The notes: generated from the letters alone by a model not told the origin. DNA of 63,222 bases, filler included, from a bacterium (GCA_027063545.1; 12 parts of 12 records of this genome joined end to end with filler, not necessarily neighbours in it); one strand, 5' to 3'; positions 41,186 to 52,886 are shown, counted from the first letter of the whole stretch. Translations and numbers: made by a program.

Positions 41186-41779
41186 ATGTATAGTTTTATA
41201 AGAGGAAGACTTTTTAGTAAAAAACCCACAAATATTATTGTGGATGTATCTGGTATAGGTTTTGAGATTTTTATTCCAACAAGGGTTTTTGAGATTCTCC
41301 CTAAAGAAGGTGAAGAGGTTTTTTTATACACTTATTATTATGTAAAAGAGGATATTCATAGACTTTATGGATTTTTAATAGCAGAGGATAGAGATTTTTT
41401 TAAATTACTTATTTCTATTAGTGGAATAGGTCCTTCTCAGGCTTTAAATATATTATCATCAATTGATAGTATTAGTTTTATTGAGTATATTAAGGAAAAA
41501 AGCGTTGAAAAATTAGTAAAAATTCCTGGAATAGGGAAGAAAAAGGCAGAAAAGATTATATTTGAACTTAATTCTAAAATAAAGGATTTAGAATCTATTT
41601 ATGAAGAGATTGATTCGGTTGAAAAAGAGAAGAAAGAAGATTTAATTTTAGCATTAAGTAATTTAGGTTATCAGAAAGGAGAAATAAATAAGGTATTGAA
41701 AATATTGGAAGATGATATTATAATAATGCCAATTGAGGAGTTAGTAAAAAAGGCATTAAATTTATTACTTGAATTATAA
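41186..41779 (+). CDS. ruvA: Holliday junction branch migration protein
   Basis: VSGIGFEI, LYGF, ISGIGP, IPGIGKKKAEKIIFEL, ALSNLGY. Confidence 0.96.
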   Translation: MYSFIRGRLFSKKPTNIIVDVSGIGFEIFIPTRVFEILPKEGEEVFLYTYYYVKEDIHRLYGFLIAEDRDFFKLLISISGIGPSQALNILSSIDSISFIEYIKEKSVEKLVKIPGIGKKKAEKIIFELNSKIKDLESIYEEIDSVEKEKKEDLILALSNLGYQKGEINKVLKILEDDIIIMPIEELVKKALNLLLEL

Positions 41780-41782
41780 AAT

Positions 41783-42805
41783 ATGAAGGATTTTATAAAT
41801 AATCCGAGACATATTGATGAGGACTCCATTGTTGAAGAAACTTTAAGGCCGAAGAAATTAGATGATTTTATTGGCCAAGAAAGTTTAAAACTTAATTTAT
41901 CTTATGCAATAAAATCAGCAAAAGAAAGAAGTAAATCTATAGATCATATTATATTATATGGACCTCCAGGGCTTGGTAAAACAACTCTTGCTGAGATTAT
42001 AGCAAACGAAATGGGTGTTAATTTTATTTCAACAAGTGGACCTGCTTTAACAAAACCCGGAGATATAGTTGGAATATTAACACGTCTAAAATCAAGAGAT
42101 GTGTTTTTTATAGATGAGATTCATAGGCTCTCTAAGACAATAGAGGAGTACTTATATCCTGCAATGGAGGATTTTAAGGTTGATTTAATTTTAGATACAG
42201 GCCCAAATGCAAGAACAATGAAGATTAAAATAGAGGAATTTACTTTAATTGGAGCCACTACGATTGCAGGAAAGATTTCTCAGCCTTTAAGAGATAGGTT
42301 TGGTATTGTTTTGAAGGTTGATTATTATAATGAGGAGGAGTTAAAAAGAATCATTTTAAGAAGTGCTAAGATTTTAGAGATAGGGATAACAGAGAAGGCT
42401 GCTCTTTCTTTAGCAAGAAGGTCAAGAGGAACCCCAAGAATAGCAAATAGACTTCTTAAAAGGACAAGAGATGTTGCTATTGTTGATAAAAAGGATTTTA
42501 TAGATGAAGAGGTTGTAAATAAGACATTAAAGATTATTAATATAGATAAATATGGGCTTGATGAGACTGATAGAAAAATTTTAGAGGTAATAATTAAGAA
42601 TTTCTCTGGAGGGCCTGTAGGAGTAAAGAATATTGCTATAGGTATTGGCGAGGATCCTCAAACAATAGAAGAAGTTTATGAACCGTTTTTAATTCAAAAG
42701 GGTTTTATAAAAAGAACGCCAAGGGGAAGAGTTGCAACTAAAAAGGCTTATGATGTTTTAGGTATAAAAAATTATGATGATTCAGAGGATTTAAGTCTGT
42801 TTTAA
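41783..42805 (+). CDS. ruvB: Holliday junction branch migration helicase
   Basis: LRPK.LDDFIGQ, GPPGLGKTTLA, FIDEIHRL, RGTPRIANRLL, EPFLIQ.GFI.RTPRGR. Confidence 0.98.
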   Translation: MKDFINNPRHIDEDSIVEETLRPKKLDDFIGQESLKLNLSYAIKSAKERSKSIDHIILYGPPGLGKTTLAEIIANEMGVNFISTSGPALTKPGDIVGILTRLKSRDVFFIDEIHRLSKTIEEYLYPAMEDFKVDLILDTGPNARTMKIKIEEFTLIGATTIAGKISQPLRDRFGIVLKVDYYNEEELKRIILRSAKILEIGITEKAALSLARRSRGTPRIANRLLKRTRDVAIVDKKDFIDEEVVNKTLKIINIDKYGLDETDRKILEVIIKNFSGGPVGVKNIAIGIGEDPQTIEEVYEPFLIQKGFIKRTPRGRVATKKAYDVLGIKNYDDSEDLSLF

Positions 42806-42806
42806 T

Positions 42807-44201
42807 CTAATCCCTAAATTCATTAGCATCAATTCCAAGACGTTGCATTATTCTAATAAATGATTTTCTCTCAGTTTTTAAAGCGCGGGCTGCTTTTGAT
42901 ATATTTCCATGATAGAGTTTTAAGTATTTTATAATAGCCTCACGCATTGTATTATCCCTAATTTCACTTAAAGATAACTCTTTTTCTTTAGATTCTTTTT
43001 CGATTAGAGTTTCTGATATTAAAATATCTTCAGGCTTTATAGTATTAGACTCACTTAATACCAAAGCCTTTTTAATTACCATTTCAAGTTCTCTCACATT
43101 ACCCGGCCAAGAATAGTTTAGAAGTTTTTGTTTTGCTTTTTCAGAAAGTTTCTTAGAAGGAAGTTTAAACTCTTTTGAATATTTTTCTATAAAATATTCA
43201 GATAAAAGTATTATATCCTCAGGTCTATCTTTTAAAGGAGGTAAATTAATTTTAAAACCATTTATTCTATAATATAAATCTTCTCTGAATTTTCCTTGCT
43301 TAATTTCTTCTTCTAAATTTCTATTTGTTGCTGATATTATTCTAACATCAATAGGAATCTCTTGAGTTGCTCCAAGAGGTAGGATTTTCCCTTCTTGTAA
43401 TACTCTTAAAAGTTTTACCTGCATATAAAGAGGAAGTTCTCCTATTTCATCTAAAAATAGTGTGCCTCCATTTGCCATTTCAAAAAGTCCTTTTTTATCT
43501 TTATCAGCACCAGTAAAGGCACCTTTTTTATATCCAAAAAGCTCACTTTCAAGTAGATTTTCTGGTATTGCTCCACAATTTACAGCTACAAAGGGTTTAT
43601 CTTTTCTTAGAGATTTATAATGAATAAATTTTGCAATTTTTTCTTTACCTGATCCTGTTGGGCCGGTAATTAACACAGGAATATCAATTTTTGCTATTTT
43701 TTCTGCGGTTTTTATAATCTCTTCCATTTTTTTATCCGCATATATTAACTCTGCTTCTTTTGTTTCCTTTTCCATTAGAGATTTTAGTTTCTTTTCTTTT
43801 TCAATATTTTCATATGAAAGTTTAAGTAGAATTTCAAATATAGGTTTAAAACTTTCAAGTAGATATCTATCATTTTCAGTAAATAACCCTTTGTCCTTTC
43901 TTTTGTCAATATATATGTAAGCATTGTTGATTTTATCAATATTTATATCCAGTTTCGAGCATATTATAGATGATATTTCATTTATATAAATAGACTCAGA
44001 ATAATTTTTATCTGATTCAATACTTTTCATAAGAATTGTTTTACTAAGTTTTTTTGCTTCAGAAAGCACACTTTGAGAAAAGTCTTTATTTTTTAAATTT
44101 TCAGGAAATGTATATAAATTTTTAAATTTATTATTTTCCTCAATTACAATTCTAACAGCAGAAGCATCAAATAGTTTATATATAAATTTTAATAAATCTA
44201 A
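42807..44201 (-). CDS. Sigma54-dependent enhancer-binding activator (GAF-like + AAA+ + HTH), 5'-truncated
   Basis: [57 protein letters not shown]; frame open to the contig end. Confidence 0.95.
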   Translation of the reverse strand, partial: LDLLKFIYKLFDASAVRIVIEENNKFKNLYTFPENLKNKDFSQSVLSEAKKLSKTILMKSIESDKNYSESIYINEISSIICSKLDINIDKINNAYIYIDKRKDKGLFTENDRYLLESFKPIFEILLKLSYENIEKEKKLKSLMEKETKEAELIYADKKMEEIIKTAEKIAKIDIPVLITGPTGSGKEKIAKFIHYKSLRKDKPFVAVNCGAIPENLLESELFGYKKGAFTGADKDKKGLFEMANGGTLFLDEIGELPLYMQVKLLRVLQEGKILPLGATQEIPIDVRIISATNRNLEEEIKQGKFREDLYYRINGFKINLPPLKDRPEDIILLSEYFIEKYSKEFKLPSKKLSEKAKQKLLNYSWPGNVRELEMVIKKALVLSESNTIKPEDILISETLIEKESKEKELSLSEIRDNTMREAIIKYLKLYHGNISKAARALKTERKSFIRIMQRLGIDANEFRD

Positions 44202-44202
44202 C

Positions 44203-44302
44203 NNNNNNNNNNNNNNNNNNNNNNNNNNNNNNNNNNNNNNNNNNNNTTAATTAATTAANNNNNNNNNNNNNNNNNNNNNNNNNNNNNNNNNNNNNNNNNN
44301 NN
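44203..44302. other. Artificial contig spacer
   Basis: N44-TTAATTAATTAA-N44. Confidence 0.99.
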
Positions 44303-45289
44303 TACTTTATAAAAAATAGGTTCTACAATATTATGACCTCCTATTTTTTCATCAAAAGTTCCTCCAACAATAGATAAATCGGAAATTTTTAAAAATGTAT
44401 CCACAACTCCATATTTATCTACTATTAAAAATTGTCTATCAAAAATAAAATTTTCTTTTTTCAAAAGTTCTTCTATTTCAGAATATAGATAGTAAAATTC
44501 TCTTTTCAAAATAGTAGCTAAAATTTTACTTTCGGAAATATGTCTTGGGATTAAAATGAACTTAAATTTAAAATAACTACTATTTCTATCTAAATTCTTA
44601 AGGCATTTAATATATTTTAAGGCTATTTTAAATTCACCTTCTCTTATACTTATAAAAGAAATTACAAAATTCATATTGTCTATATTAAACTTCTTTCTTT
44701 CATTTATTTTATTATATTCTATATAATCAAGTTTATACTTTAAATTGAACCCTTCTATTATCTTCCCATTATACTTCAATACCTTATATCTATACTTATA
44801 TCTTTTATCCTTCAAAATAATTTTAGAGAAATATTTTATTGGATTAAAAGAAAACATAGAATAAATTCTATACCAAAAATTTCTTGTTGACCTTGTCATA
44901 AATGAGTTAATCCCTATAATTTCCAAATGCTTTTTATTTGACACATATAATAGAAAAGGCCAAATTTCTGTTTCTATTATTATAACTTTTTTTATACCAA
45001 AAAATTCTATGAAGTTTAAATAGCTAAAAAAGAACAAATCAAAAGGAGCTAAAAGTACAATATCCTCTGGAAATCTACTTTTTATAGAATAATAACCTCT
45101 CGAAGAAAAAACAGTTATTAAAAATCTATTATTGTTATATTTCTTTTTTAAATCATGATAAATATTCTCTAATACCTTAGATTCTCCAATACTTGCTAAA
45201 TGTATCCATACTCTTATATTATTTTTATCTTTGCTATATCTATCTTCTAAACTCTTTTTTGTATATAAAAATCTACTTCTTTTTACCAT
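44303..45289 (-). CDS. waaA: Kdo transferase, 3'-truncated
   Basis: VWIHLASIGE, APFD, IETEIWP, LIPRH, VGGTF..GGHNIVEP. Confidence 0.9.
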
Positions 45290-47102
45290 CTATTTTAGCA
45301 TTTTTTGTAAGAATCTTCTTATAATCATCAGACTTTATAATCTGTAAAGCCTTTCTAATCTCTTCATCTACTTTAGTTAAATATTCATATTTACCTTCTT
45401 GTCCATAATAAGCATTTAAAATCTCTCTTTTTATAGCTCTTTTTATATATTCCTTATCCTTTTCAAAAGCCATTTCTTTTCTTTCTTCTATCTTTTTATA
45501 TAACTCTTTATAAATCTTTCCCATATCAGAATCTATACTATCCACCTTACTTAACAATACTTCTAATGATAAAGTATCTAATTTTTCATTATATACCTTC
45601 TCACCTATATTATATTCTAGGGTTTTTAAAATTAATTCTTTTAATTTAGCTTCCTCTCTTGTGGTATATGTAAAATTCTTACTCTTTAAAAATTCTCTAA
45701 AATCCTTTAGGATATCATCTGTTATCTCTATATCTTTTGATACCTTCTCATGTTTAGCTTTATAATTTATAGCATATGTAAAAAACATACTTTTAGCTTC
45801 TAAATTTACTTCTAAAAGATCTATATCTCTCTCTGGTAATATTAAATCAGGAAGAATTCCTCCTCCAGCCTTAACAGGTCTATGTAAAACTTTGGTATAG
45901 TATACTTTTGTTGTATCAAAAATCTCTAAATTGGCAATTGTTGAATCTCCTTCTTTGTATAATTCATAACCAGCACTATTTTCTATTCTATTTATACATC
46001 TACCACTAGGGGTATAATAATAAGCTGTTGTTAACTTTAATGCCTTAGTACCTGTTGGAGTCTTCATTAAAGGGATAATTGTTTGAACAGAACCTTTTCC
46101 ATATGTTCGTCTTCCTAAAATAACTCCTCTATCCCAATCTTGAATAGCACCTGATACAATCTCACTAGCACTTGCTGAACCTTCATTAACTAATACAACT
46201 ACTCTTACATTATCATCTAAAAAAGCTCTTTCTGTGGCAGTGAAATCTCTTTTATCACCTTTTCTTCCTTTTACTGATACAATAACCTTCCCCTTATCTA
46301 AAAATACATTACCTACACTTATAGCCTGAGATAAAAGCCCTCCAGGATTATTTCTTAAATCTAAAATTATTCCCTTTAACTCTCCGCCATTTGATTTTTC
46401 CAATTCTCTAATAGCCTTCTTCAACTCCTGAGTAGTATTTTTGGAAAAGCTAACCAATTTTATATATCCATATCCATTTTCTAAAAGAGTATAATATGGT
46501 ACACTTTTTATTTTTATAATATCTCTTGTAATTGTAAATGTCAAAAGCCCTGGAACACCTTCTCTTTTAACTTTTATTGTTACCTTACTCCCCTTTGGAC
46601 CTCTTAAAATATTTACAGCTTCTTCTAAACTCATTCCTTTTGTAGGTTTATCTTCTATATATAAAATTTGATCCCCTGCCTGAATACCTGCTTTTTCTGC
46701 CGGAGTTCCTGGAAGTGGACTTATAACAGTTAACACTTTATTTCTTATAGAAATAATTATACCCAATCCTCCAAATTCACCTTTAGTATGAATCATTAAA
46801 TCTTTATATTCTTTTTCCTCAAAAAAGTTAGTATGAGGATCTAAAATTTTTTCCATTCCATTTATTGATGCTTCTATTAACTTTGAAGTAGGAATATCAA
46901 TGACATAATCTTGTTTTATTCTTAATAAAACATCATTAAATATTTGTATCCACTGATATGGGGTGATATCTTGTGTCTGTTCTTTTGTATCTTCTTCTGT
47001 ATATGAGTATAATAGTTTATTAAAACTAACTACCCCAAATACCAAAGAAAATATAATTAATAAAGTACTAAAACTTATTCTTATATAATCTTTTTTATTC
47101 AT
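45273..47102 (-). CDS. ctpA: Carboxyl-terminal processing protease (S41, PDZ)
   Basis: LDPHT, GEFGGLGI, DLRNNPGGLL, SASASEIVSGAIQD, TYGKGSVQ, LTTAYYYTPSGR. Confidence 0.96.
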   Translation of the reverse strand: MNKKDYIRISFSTLLIIFSLVFGVVSFNKLLYSYTEEDTKEQTQDITPYQWIQIFNDVLLRIKQDYVIDIPTSKLIEASINGMEKILDPHTNFFEEKEYKDLMIHTKGEFGGLGIIISIRNKVLTVISPLPGTPAEKAGIQAGDQILYIEDKPTKGMSLEEAVNILRGPKGSKVTIKVKREGVPGLLTFTITRDIIKIKSVPYYTLLENGYGYIKLVSFSKNTTQELKKAIRELEKSNGGELKGIILDLRNNPGGLLSQAISVGNVFLDKGKVIVSVKGRKGDKRDFTATERAFLDDNVRVVVLVNEGSASASEIVSGAIQDWDRGVILGRRTYGKGSVQTIIPLMKTPTGTKALKLTTAYYYTPSGRCINRIENSAGYELYKEGDSTIANLEIFDTTKVYYTKVLHRPVKAGGGILPDLILPERDIDLLEVNLEAKSMFFTYAINYKAKHEKVSKDIEITDDILKDFREFLKSKNFTYTTREEAKLKELILKTLEYNIGEKVYNEKLDTLSLEVLLSKVDSIDSDMGKIYKELYKKIEERKEMAFEKDKEYIKRAIKREILNAYYGQEGKYEYLTKVDEEIRKALQIIKSDDYKKILTKNAKIDGKKK

Positions 47103-47722
47103 TTTCGTTCCTCCCTACCTAAAATTTTACTTTCAAAAATTTTTAATATTTCATTAAATATTTCATCTTTCGATTTAGTAGCATCTATATAAAATACATT
47201 TTTTTTGCTTTTGAAAATAAAATAATATCCTTCTTTTACCTTTTCAAAAAATTCTATTCGCTCCTTTTCTATTCTATCTATCTTATCTCCTTTTCTTTTT
47301 ATAAAAGTATTATTATCTATATCAAAAAAAAATATATAGTCAGGTTCATAATCATTAACTACTATTTTATTTAAATATAATAACATATCGACATCTAAGC
47401 CTCTCCCATATCCCTGATAGGCAATGGTCGAATAGTAATATCTATCACTTAAAATAATTATATCTTCATTCTTATAATTTTTTATATATTCTTCTATTAA
47501 TTGAGCCCTTGCTGCTAAATACAAAAATAACTCTGATATAGGCGAAATCTTAATAGATTTATTTAAAAGAAGCTGCCTTAATTCTTCTCCTAATTCCGTT
47601 GTTCCCGGTTCTTTAATTAATATAACATTACCATACTTATCCTTTAAATATTTATATATCATTTCAATCTGAGTAGTCTTACCACTTTTGTCTATTCCTT
47701 CAAAAACAACAAATCTTCCCAT
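47099..47722 (-). CDS. tmk: Thymidylate kinase
   Basis: FEGIDKSGKTTQ, LYLAARAQ, SDRYYYSTIAYQGYGRG. Confidence 0.96.
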   Translation of the reverse strand: MGRFVVFEGIDKSGKTTQIEMIYKYLKDKYGNVILIKEPGTTELGEELRQLLLNKSIKISPISELFLYLAARAQLIEEYIKNYKNEDIIILSDRYYYSTIAYQGYGRGLDVDMLLYLNKIVVNDYEPDYIFFFDIDNNTFIKRKGDKIDRIEKERIEFFEKVKEGYYFIFKSKKNVFYIDATKSKDEIFNEILKIFESKILGREERK

Positions 47723-47729
47723 ATTAAAA

Positions 47730-49955
47730 TTACCTTACTTTAGCACCACAGCAGTGTTTATATTTTTTACCACTACCACAAGGGCATGGATCGTTAGGAC
47801 CAACTTTTTGTTTTTTTACAATAGGTTCCTGTTTTACTTCCTCTTTAGAAGCATTTGTTGTTAATGTAGAATCTTCATAGGGATTCCAATATAGATCATG
47901 AGATAACTCAAAATCGTCTATAGAAGATTGTTGTGGTCTTTCAACTTCTACATCTTCAATTCTAAATAAAAACTCTAAAGTCTCCTCAGAAACTTTAAGA
48001 AGCATTGCTTCAAATAATCCTAAAGCATCTCTTTTAAATTCTACTAAAGGATCTTTATGACCATAAGCTCTTAAATTAATTCCCTCTTTTAAATGGTCTA
48101 ATATTCTAAGCTGTTCCTTCCATCTATTATCTAAAACTTGAAGTAACACATATCTCTCTATATCTCTTAAATACTCTTCTCCTATCTTTTTTTCCTTTTC
48201 TTCATATATCTTAAAAGCCATATCCTTTACTTTTTCATATATTAAATTTATCATTTCTTTTTTATTATCTGCAACCTTTACAACATCGAAATTAATATCT
48301 GGATAAAAATTAAAAATCCTCATTATTTCTGCATTAAATTCTTGATATGGCCAATTTTCTGGAAACTCTGGGCTGTCTTCAAAAAATCTTCCTACTTTAT
48401 CATATATAACATCATCAATTCTTGTATATATATCCTCTTTTAAATTAGCACCTTCTAAAATCTTTCTTCTCATTTTATAAACAACTTCTCTCTGGACATT
48501 CATTACATTATCATATTCTAATAGATGCTTTCTTATTTCAAAATGATACTCCTCTACTCTTCTCTGAGCCCTTTCTATACCTTTAGATAACCACTTATGA
48601 GTTAGTGGTATATCTTCCCTTTCGGTTGCTCTTAACATAAAACTCTTCATAGATTCAGAGCCAAAAAGCCTCATTAAGTTATCTTCTAAAGAAACATAAA
48701 ATTGACTAACTCCAGGATCTCCCTGACGTCCCGCTCTACCTCTTAACTGATTATCAATTCTTCTTGATTCATGTCTCTCTGTACCTATAACAAATAATCC
48801 TCCTAACTCTACAACCTTCTTTCTTTCTTCTTCAGCTTTTTTCTTTAACTCTTCTAATTCCCTATTATACTCTTCCCAATCTATTTCTTCCTTTGGTATA
48901 TTCTTATATTTAGCTTTCATTAGAGCCTCTGGATTTCCTCCTAAAATAATATCTGTACCACGACCTGCCATATTTGTTGATATAGTGACAGCACCTAGCC
49001 TTCCTGCCTGAGCTATTATCTCAGCTTCTCTTTCATGATGTTTAGCATTTAAAACATTATGTTTTATTCCCTCTTTTTTTAACATCTTTGATAACATTTC
49101 TGACTTTTCTATTGAAACAGTACCTATTAAAATAGGTTGTCCTGTACTATGTATTTTCTTTATATCTCTTACTAATGCTTTAAATTTTCCTTTCTCTGTA
49201 GGAAAAATAAAATCAGGCCTATCTTCTCTAATCATTGGTTTATTTGTAGGAATTACTACAACATCTAAATTGTAAATTTCTTTAAATTCTATAGCTTCAG
49301 TCTCTGCAGTTCCTGTCATACCAGCAAGTTTGTCATACATCTTAAAATAATTTTGGAATGTAATTGTAGCTAATGTTTGATTTTCACTTTGAATTTTTAC
49401 ACCTTCTTTTGCTTCAATTGCTTGATGAAGACCATCTGACCATCTTCTACCAGGTAAAATTCTTCCTGTAAATTCATCTACTATTAAAACCTTTCCGTCC
49501 TTTACAACATAATCTACATCCCTATGGAATAAATAATGGGCTCTTAATGCCTGTATAATGTGATGTATCCAATCTGCATTTATATCCTGATATAAATTTT
49601 TTATTCCTAAAAGTCTTTCACACTTTAGAATACCCTTTGAGGTTAGATAAGCCATTTTATTCTTTTCATCTATCCAAAAATCACCATCCGGTTCAATAAT
49701 CTTCCCATCTGGTGTCCTTTGAATTTCATTTGTAGTACTCTTTTGAAGTTGAGGTATTATTCTATTCACGAGAATATATTTTTCTGTAGAAAATTCTGAA
49801 GGACCACTTATTATAAGTGGTGTTCTGGCCTCATCAATTAATACTGAATCAACCTCATCCACAATTGCATAATGAAGTTCTCTCTGAACCATATCATTAA
49901 GATCCATTACCATATTATCTCTTAAATAATCAAATCCGAATTCATTATTTGTACC
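47730..49955 (-). CDS. secA: Preprotein translocase SecA, 5'-truncated
   Basis: GTNNEFGFDYLRDNM, VDEVDSVLIDEARTPLIISG, TNMAGRGTDI, QLRGRAGRQGDPG, C-terminal CPCGSGKKYKHCC. Confidence 0.99.
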   Translation of the reverse strand, partial: GTNNEFGFDYLRDNMVMDLNDMVQRELHYAIVDEVDSVLIDEARTPLIISGPSEFSTEKYILVNRIIPQLQKSTTNEIQRTPDGKIIEPDGDFWIDEKNKMAYLTSKGILKCERLLGIKNLYQDINADWIHHIIQALRAHYLFHRDVDYVVKDGKVLIVDEFTGRILPGRRWSDGLHQAIEAKEGVKIQSENQTLATITFQNYFKMYDKLAGMTGTAETEAIEFKEIYNLDVVVIPTNKPMIREDRPDFIFPTEKGKFKALVRDIKKIHSTGQPILIGTVSIEKSEMLSKMLKKEGIKHNVLNAKHHEREAEIIAQAGRLGAVTISTNMAGRGTDIILGGNPEALMKAKYKNIPKEEIDWEEYNRELEELKKKAEEERKKVVELGGLFVIGTERHESRRIDNQLRGRAGRQGDPGVSQFYVSLEDNLMRLFGSESMKSFMLRATEREDIPLTHKWLSKGIERAQRRVEEYHFEIRKHLLEYDNVMNVQREVVYKMRRKILEGANLKEDIYTRIDDVIYDKVGRFFEDSPEFPENWPYQEFNAEIMRIFNFYPDINFDVVKVADNKKEMINLIYEKVKDMAFKIYEEKEKKIGEEYLRDIERYVLLQVLDNRWKEQLRILDHLKEGINLRAYGHKDPLVEFKRDALGLFEAMLLKVSEETLEFLFRIEDVEVERPQQSSIDDFELSHDLYWNPYEDSTLTTNASKEEVKQEPIVKKQKVGPNDPCPCGSGKKYKHCCGAKVR

Positions 49956-49956
49956 A

Positions 49957-50056
49957 NNNNNNNNNNNNNNNNNNNNNNNNNNNNNNNNNNNNNNNNNNNN
50001 TTAATTAATTAANNNNNNNNNNNNNNNNNNNNNNNNNNNNNNNNNNNNNNNNNNNN
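49957..50056. other. Artificial contig spacer
   Basis: N44-TTAATTAATTAA-N44. Confidence 0.99.
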
Positions 50057-50057
50057 A

Positions 50058-50477
50058 AAAGCTGGAGATAGAAGTGGTAAAATATATGGTTTTGGACACG
50101 CAGTATATACTTTAAGTGATCCTAGAGCAAAAATTTTAAAAAAGTATGCAAAAGAGTTGGCTGAAGAGAAAGGTAGAATGGAGGAATATAATTTATATAA
50201 CTTATTAGAAAAGGTGGTGCCTGAGGTATTTTACGAGGTAAAAGGAAGAAAGAAAATTATATCTCCAAATGTAGATTTTTACTCAGGATTTGTATACGAT
50301 TGTTTAGGTATACCAAGAGAGCTTTATACTCCAATTTTTGCTATGGGAAGAATTGCTGGTTGGATTGCCCATAGAATTGAAGAACTTCTTGTTTCTAGAA
50401 GGATTATTAGGCCAGCATATAAAAATGTTACTCCTAAAAAACCTTATATTCCTCTTGAAAAAAGGGATAAGAAATAA
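50058..50477 (+). CDS. gltA: Citrate synthase, C-terminal part (5'-truncated)
   Basis: YGFGHAVYTLSDPRA, PNVDFYSG, FAMGRIAGWIAH, RIIRP. Confidence 0.95.
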   Translation, partial: KAGDRSGKIYGFGHAVYTLSDPRAKILKKYAKELAEEKGRMEEYNLYNLLEKVVPEVFYEVKGRKKIISPNVDFYSGFVYDCLGIPRELYTPIFAMGRIAGWIAHRIEELLVSRRIIRPAYKNVTPKKPYIPLEKRDKK

Positions 50478-51637
50478 TGGAAAGTTTAAAAAAGAAAGCT
50501 TTAGAAGTTCATAAGAAAGGACCGGGTAAATTAGCTATATCTTCTTTAGTACCATTGGAAACTCAATTTGACCTTTCTATTTTATATACTCCTGGGGTAG
50601 GGGAAGTTTCTAAAGAGATAGCAAAAAATAGAAATTTAGTATATGATTATACATCAAAATCTCACTTGGTTGCTGTTGTCTCTGATGGTAGTGCGGTATT
50701 AGGATTAGGGAATATTGGCCCTGAAGCTGCTCTTCCTGTAATGGAAGGGAAAGCTCTTTTATTTAAAAGATTTGCAAATGTTGATGCTGTTCCTATTGTA
50801 TTAGATACCCAAGATCCAGATGAAATAATTAATATTGTAAAAGCTATTTCTCCAGGATTTGGGGGAATAAATTTAGAAGATATATCTGCTCCAAGATGTT
50901 TTGAAATAGAAAAAAGACTTATAGAAGAATTGAATATTCCAGTTTTCCATGATGATCAGCATGGTACAGCAATTGTAGTCATAGCAGGGCTTATAAATGC
51001 GTTAAAATTGGTAAATAAGACATGGAATGAGGTTCAGATTGTTATAAATGGGGCTGGGGCAGCTGGTATTGCTATAGGTAATCTTTTAATAGAAAAAGGT
51101 GTAAAAAAAGAAAATATAGTTATGCTTGATAGTAAAGGAGTAATAAGAGAAGATAGAAGTAATTTAAATGAGTATAAAAGATTATTTGCTACATCTAGGA
51201 ATATATACACTCTTGAAGAGGCCATGAAAGGAGCAGATATTTTTATAGGTGTATCTGTAAAAGACATAATAACCCCTGAAATGCTCTTATCAATGAATAA
51301 AAATCCAATTATTTTTGCAATGGCAAATCCTGACCCTGAAATAAAACCTGAGATTGCTTTGAATATTAGAAAAGATATAATAATAGCTACAGGTAGGAGT
51401 GATTATCCAAATCAGGTAAATAATGTTTTAGCTTTTCCTTTTATCTTTAGAGTTGCTTTAGACTTAAGATTGAGAAAAATAGATAACAGAATAAAATTAT
51501 TATTATCAGAGGTATTGGCAGAATTTTTAGGAGAAAATATAACTAAGGATAAAATAATACCATCTGTTTTTGATGAAGGCTTTTCTGAATTTGTGATTGA
51601 TAGGTTAAAATCCAAGATATTGGAAAGTTCTCTATAG
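50477..51637 (+). CDS. NAD(P)-dependent malic enzyme
   Basis: YTPGV, DGSAVLGLGNIG, GGINLEDI, FHDDQHGTA, GAGAAG, AMANPDPE, TGRSDYPNQVNN. Confidence 0.96.
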   Translation: MESLKKKALEVHKKGPGKLAISSLVPLETQFDLSILYTPGVGEVSKEIAKNRNLVYDYTSKSHLVAVVSDGSAVLGLGNIGPEAALPVMEGKALLFKRFANVDAVPIVLDTQDPDEIINIVKAISPGFGGINLEDISAPRCFEIEKRLIEELNIPVFHDDQHGTAIVVIAGLINALKLVNKTWNEVQIVINGAGAAGIAIGNLLIEKGVKKENIVMLDSKGVIREDRSNLNEYKRLFATSRNIYTLEEAMKGADIFIGVSVKDIITPEMLLSMNKNPIIFAMANPDPEIKPEIALNIRKDIIIATGRSDYPNQVNNVLAFPFIFRVALDLRLRKIDNRIKLLLSEVLAEFLGENITKDKIIPSVFDEGFSEFVIDRLKSKILESSL

Positions 51638-51720
51638 AGACCATTTTATTAAAAAAATCATTGAATATATTGTCATTATATCTTATCTTAAATAATAAAA
51701 AGAGTACAACACAAAGAAAA

Positions 51721-52676
51721 ATGAGGGAATTATGTTTATCGCAGCATGTTCAAGCAATGATAATTCAATTTCTGTTTCAGAAGAGGCAGATAATTATTCA
51801 AATATTATTGTAAGTTCATCAATATTTTATGATTTGTCTCCGGCTATTGCACCTATAGAAAAATATCTCAGGGCTATCAAAATTATATTTATCTACAGGA
51901 CGTTATGAAATTAATGAAAATGGTTTAATAATAAATGTGAATAGCAAAGATAGTGTAATGATGAATAATAATAATGGAGATTTTTACAGCTTTAATATAT
52001 ACAGTAAGTTATTACAGGATACCATAATGGACTTAATTGTTTTTAGAAGTAGCAGATTTTATTATATAAATGCAAATTTTCATCATTACGAATCTTTTAT
52101 ATTACTAACAGGAATAAAAATAGAATATATAAATAATGAAATATTTTAAAAGAGAATGATCCAAAGAGTATAAATTTAAAAAGTTATTATATAGATACTC
52201 TTCTTTTTTTGAAAGGATATGCTTATATTCCTAATTTTATAGATACAACAGGTTTTTTTAGTAATAAGACCAAATACTATTTCTTTAAATCTCTTATTAA
52301 TAATATAAAAGAATATAGCTCTATTATTGTATCTATATGTGATTCTAATGAACTATCATTAGATATTATAGAGAACAATTTTTTTAACAAAAATAGAATA
52401 GATAGTACAATAATAAACAAAACTATAGATATAATAAAAGATAGCTTGTATAATAATGATATTTTAAGAAAACTAGTATATTGGTCTATTGATTCATTGA
52501 AGGCAATCCCTAGTGATACTGATACTTTAAGTTGGATATCAATATTGAGATATCCTTATGCATCTATCGATAGAATTGTTTTATTTAATTATGATACTAT
52601 AAATAATTCAGATATTGAAAATTTAAAATTTTTATACTATATTGGAGCCCCTATAATTTTAGATTTTTATTCTTAA
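51721..52676 (+). pseudogene. Frameshifted (or mis-assembled) lipoprotein gene in three pieces
   Basis: 51732-51908 (MFIAAC lipobox, no intact signal h-region), 51859-52149 and 52140-52676 join through a +1 shift in the A-run near 51859 and a -1 shift in the T-run near 52145. Composition resembles the neighbouring DS/DT-rich lipoproteins. Confidence 0.55.
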
Positions 52677-52860
52677 GTTATAGCTAATATAAATAATTAT
52701 CCTAAAGAGTTATCTTATGAATATACAAAATATTCCATTTTATATTATAAGATAGGAATAAAAATCAACCTTTGCAAAATTCAATAAAAATATGAATAAA
52801 ATTGAAATAGTTTAATTTTTTATTAACTATAACATTTTGAAAATAAAAGAATAACTTAAT

Positions 52861-52877
52861 CGGCATATATATTGCTT
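52861..52877 (+). promoter_or_regulatory. Sigma54 (-24/-12) promoter
   Basis: CGGCATATATATTGCTT: GG(52862-63)-N10-GC(52874-75), close to TGGCAC-N5-TTGCW. It stands out in an AT-rich intergenic region, and a GAFTGA activator is encoded in this assembly. Confidence 0.7.
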
Positions 52878-52886
52878 ATAAGATAT

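Noticed and set aside
51906-52139. TGA read-through or alternative genetic code joining pieces 1 and 3 of the lipoprotein
   Set aside because: An in-frame TAA follows within two codons of the first TGA, and TGA is a normal stop elsewhere (e.g. radA).
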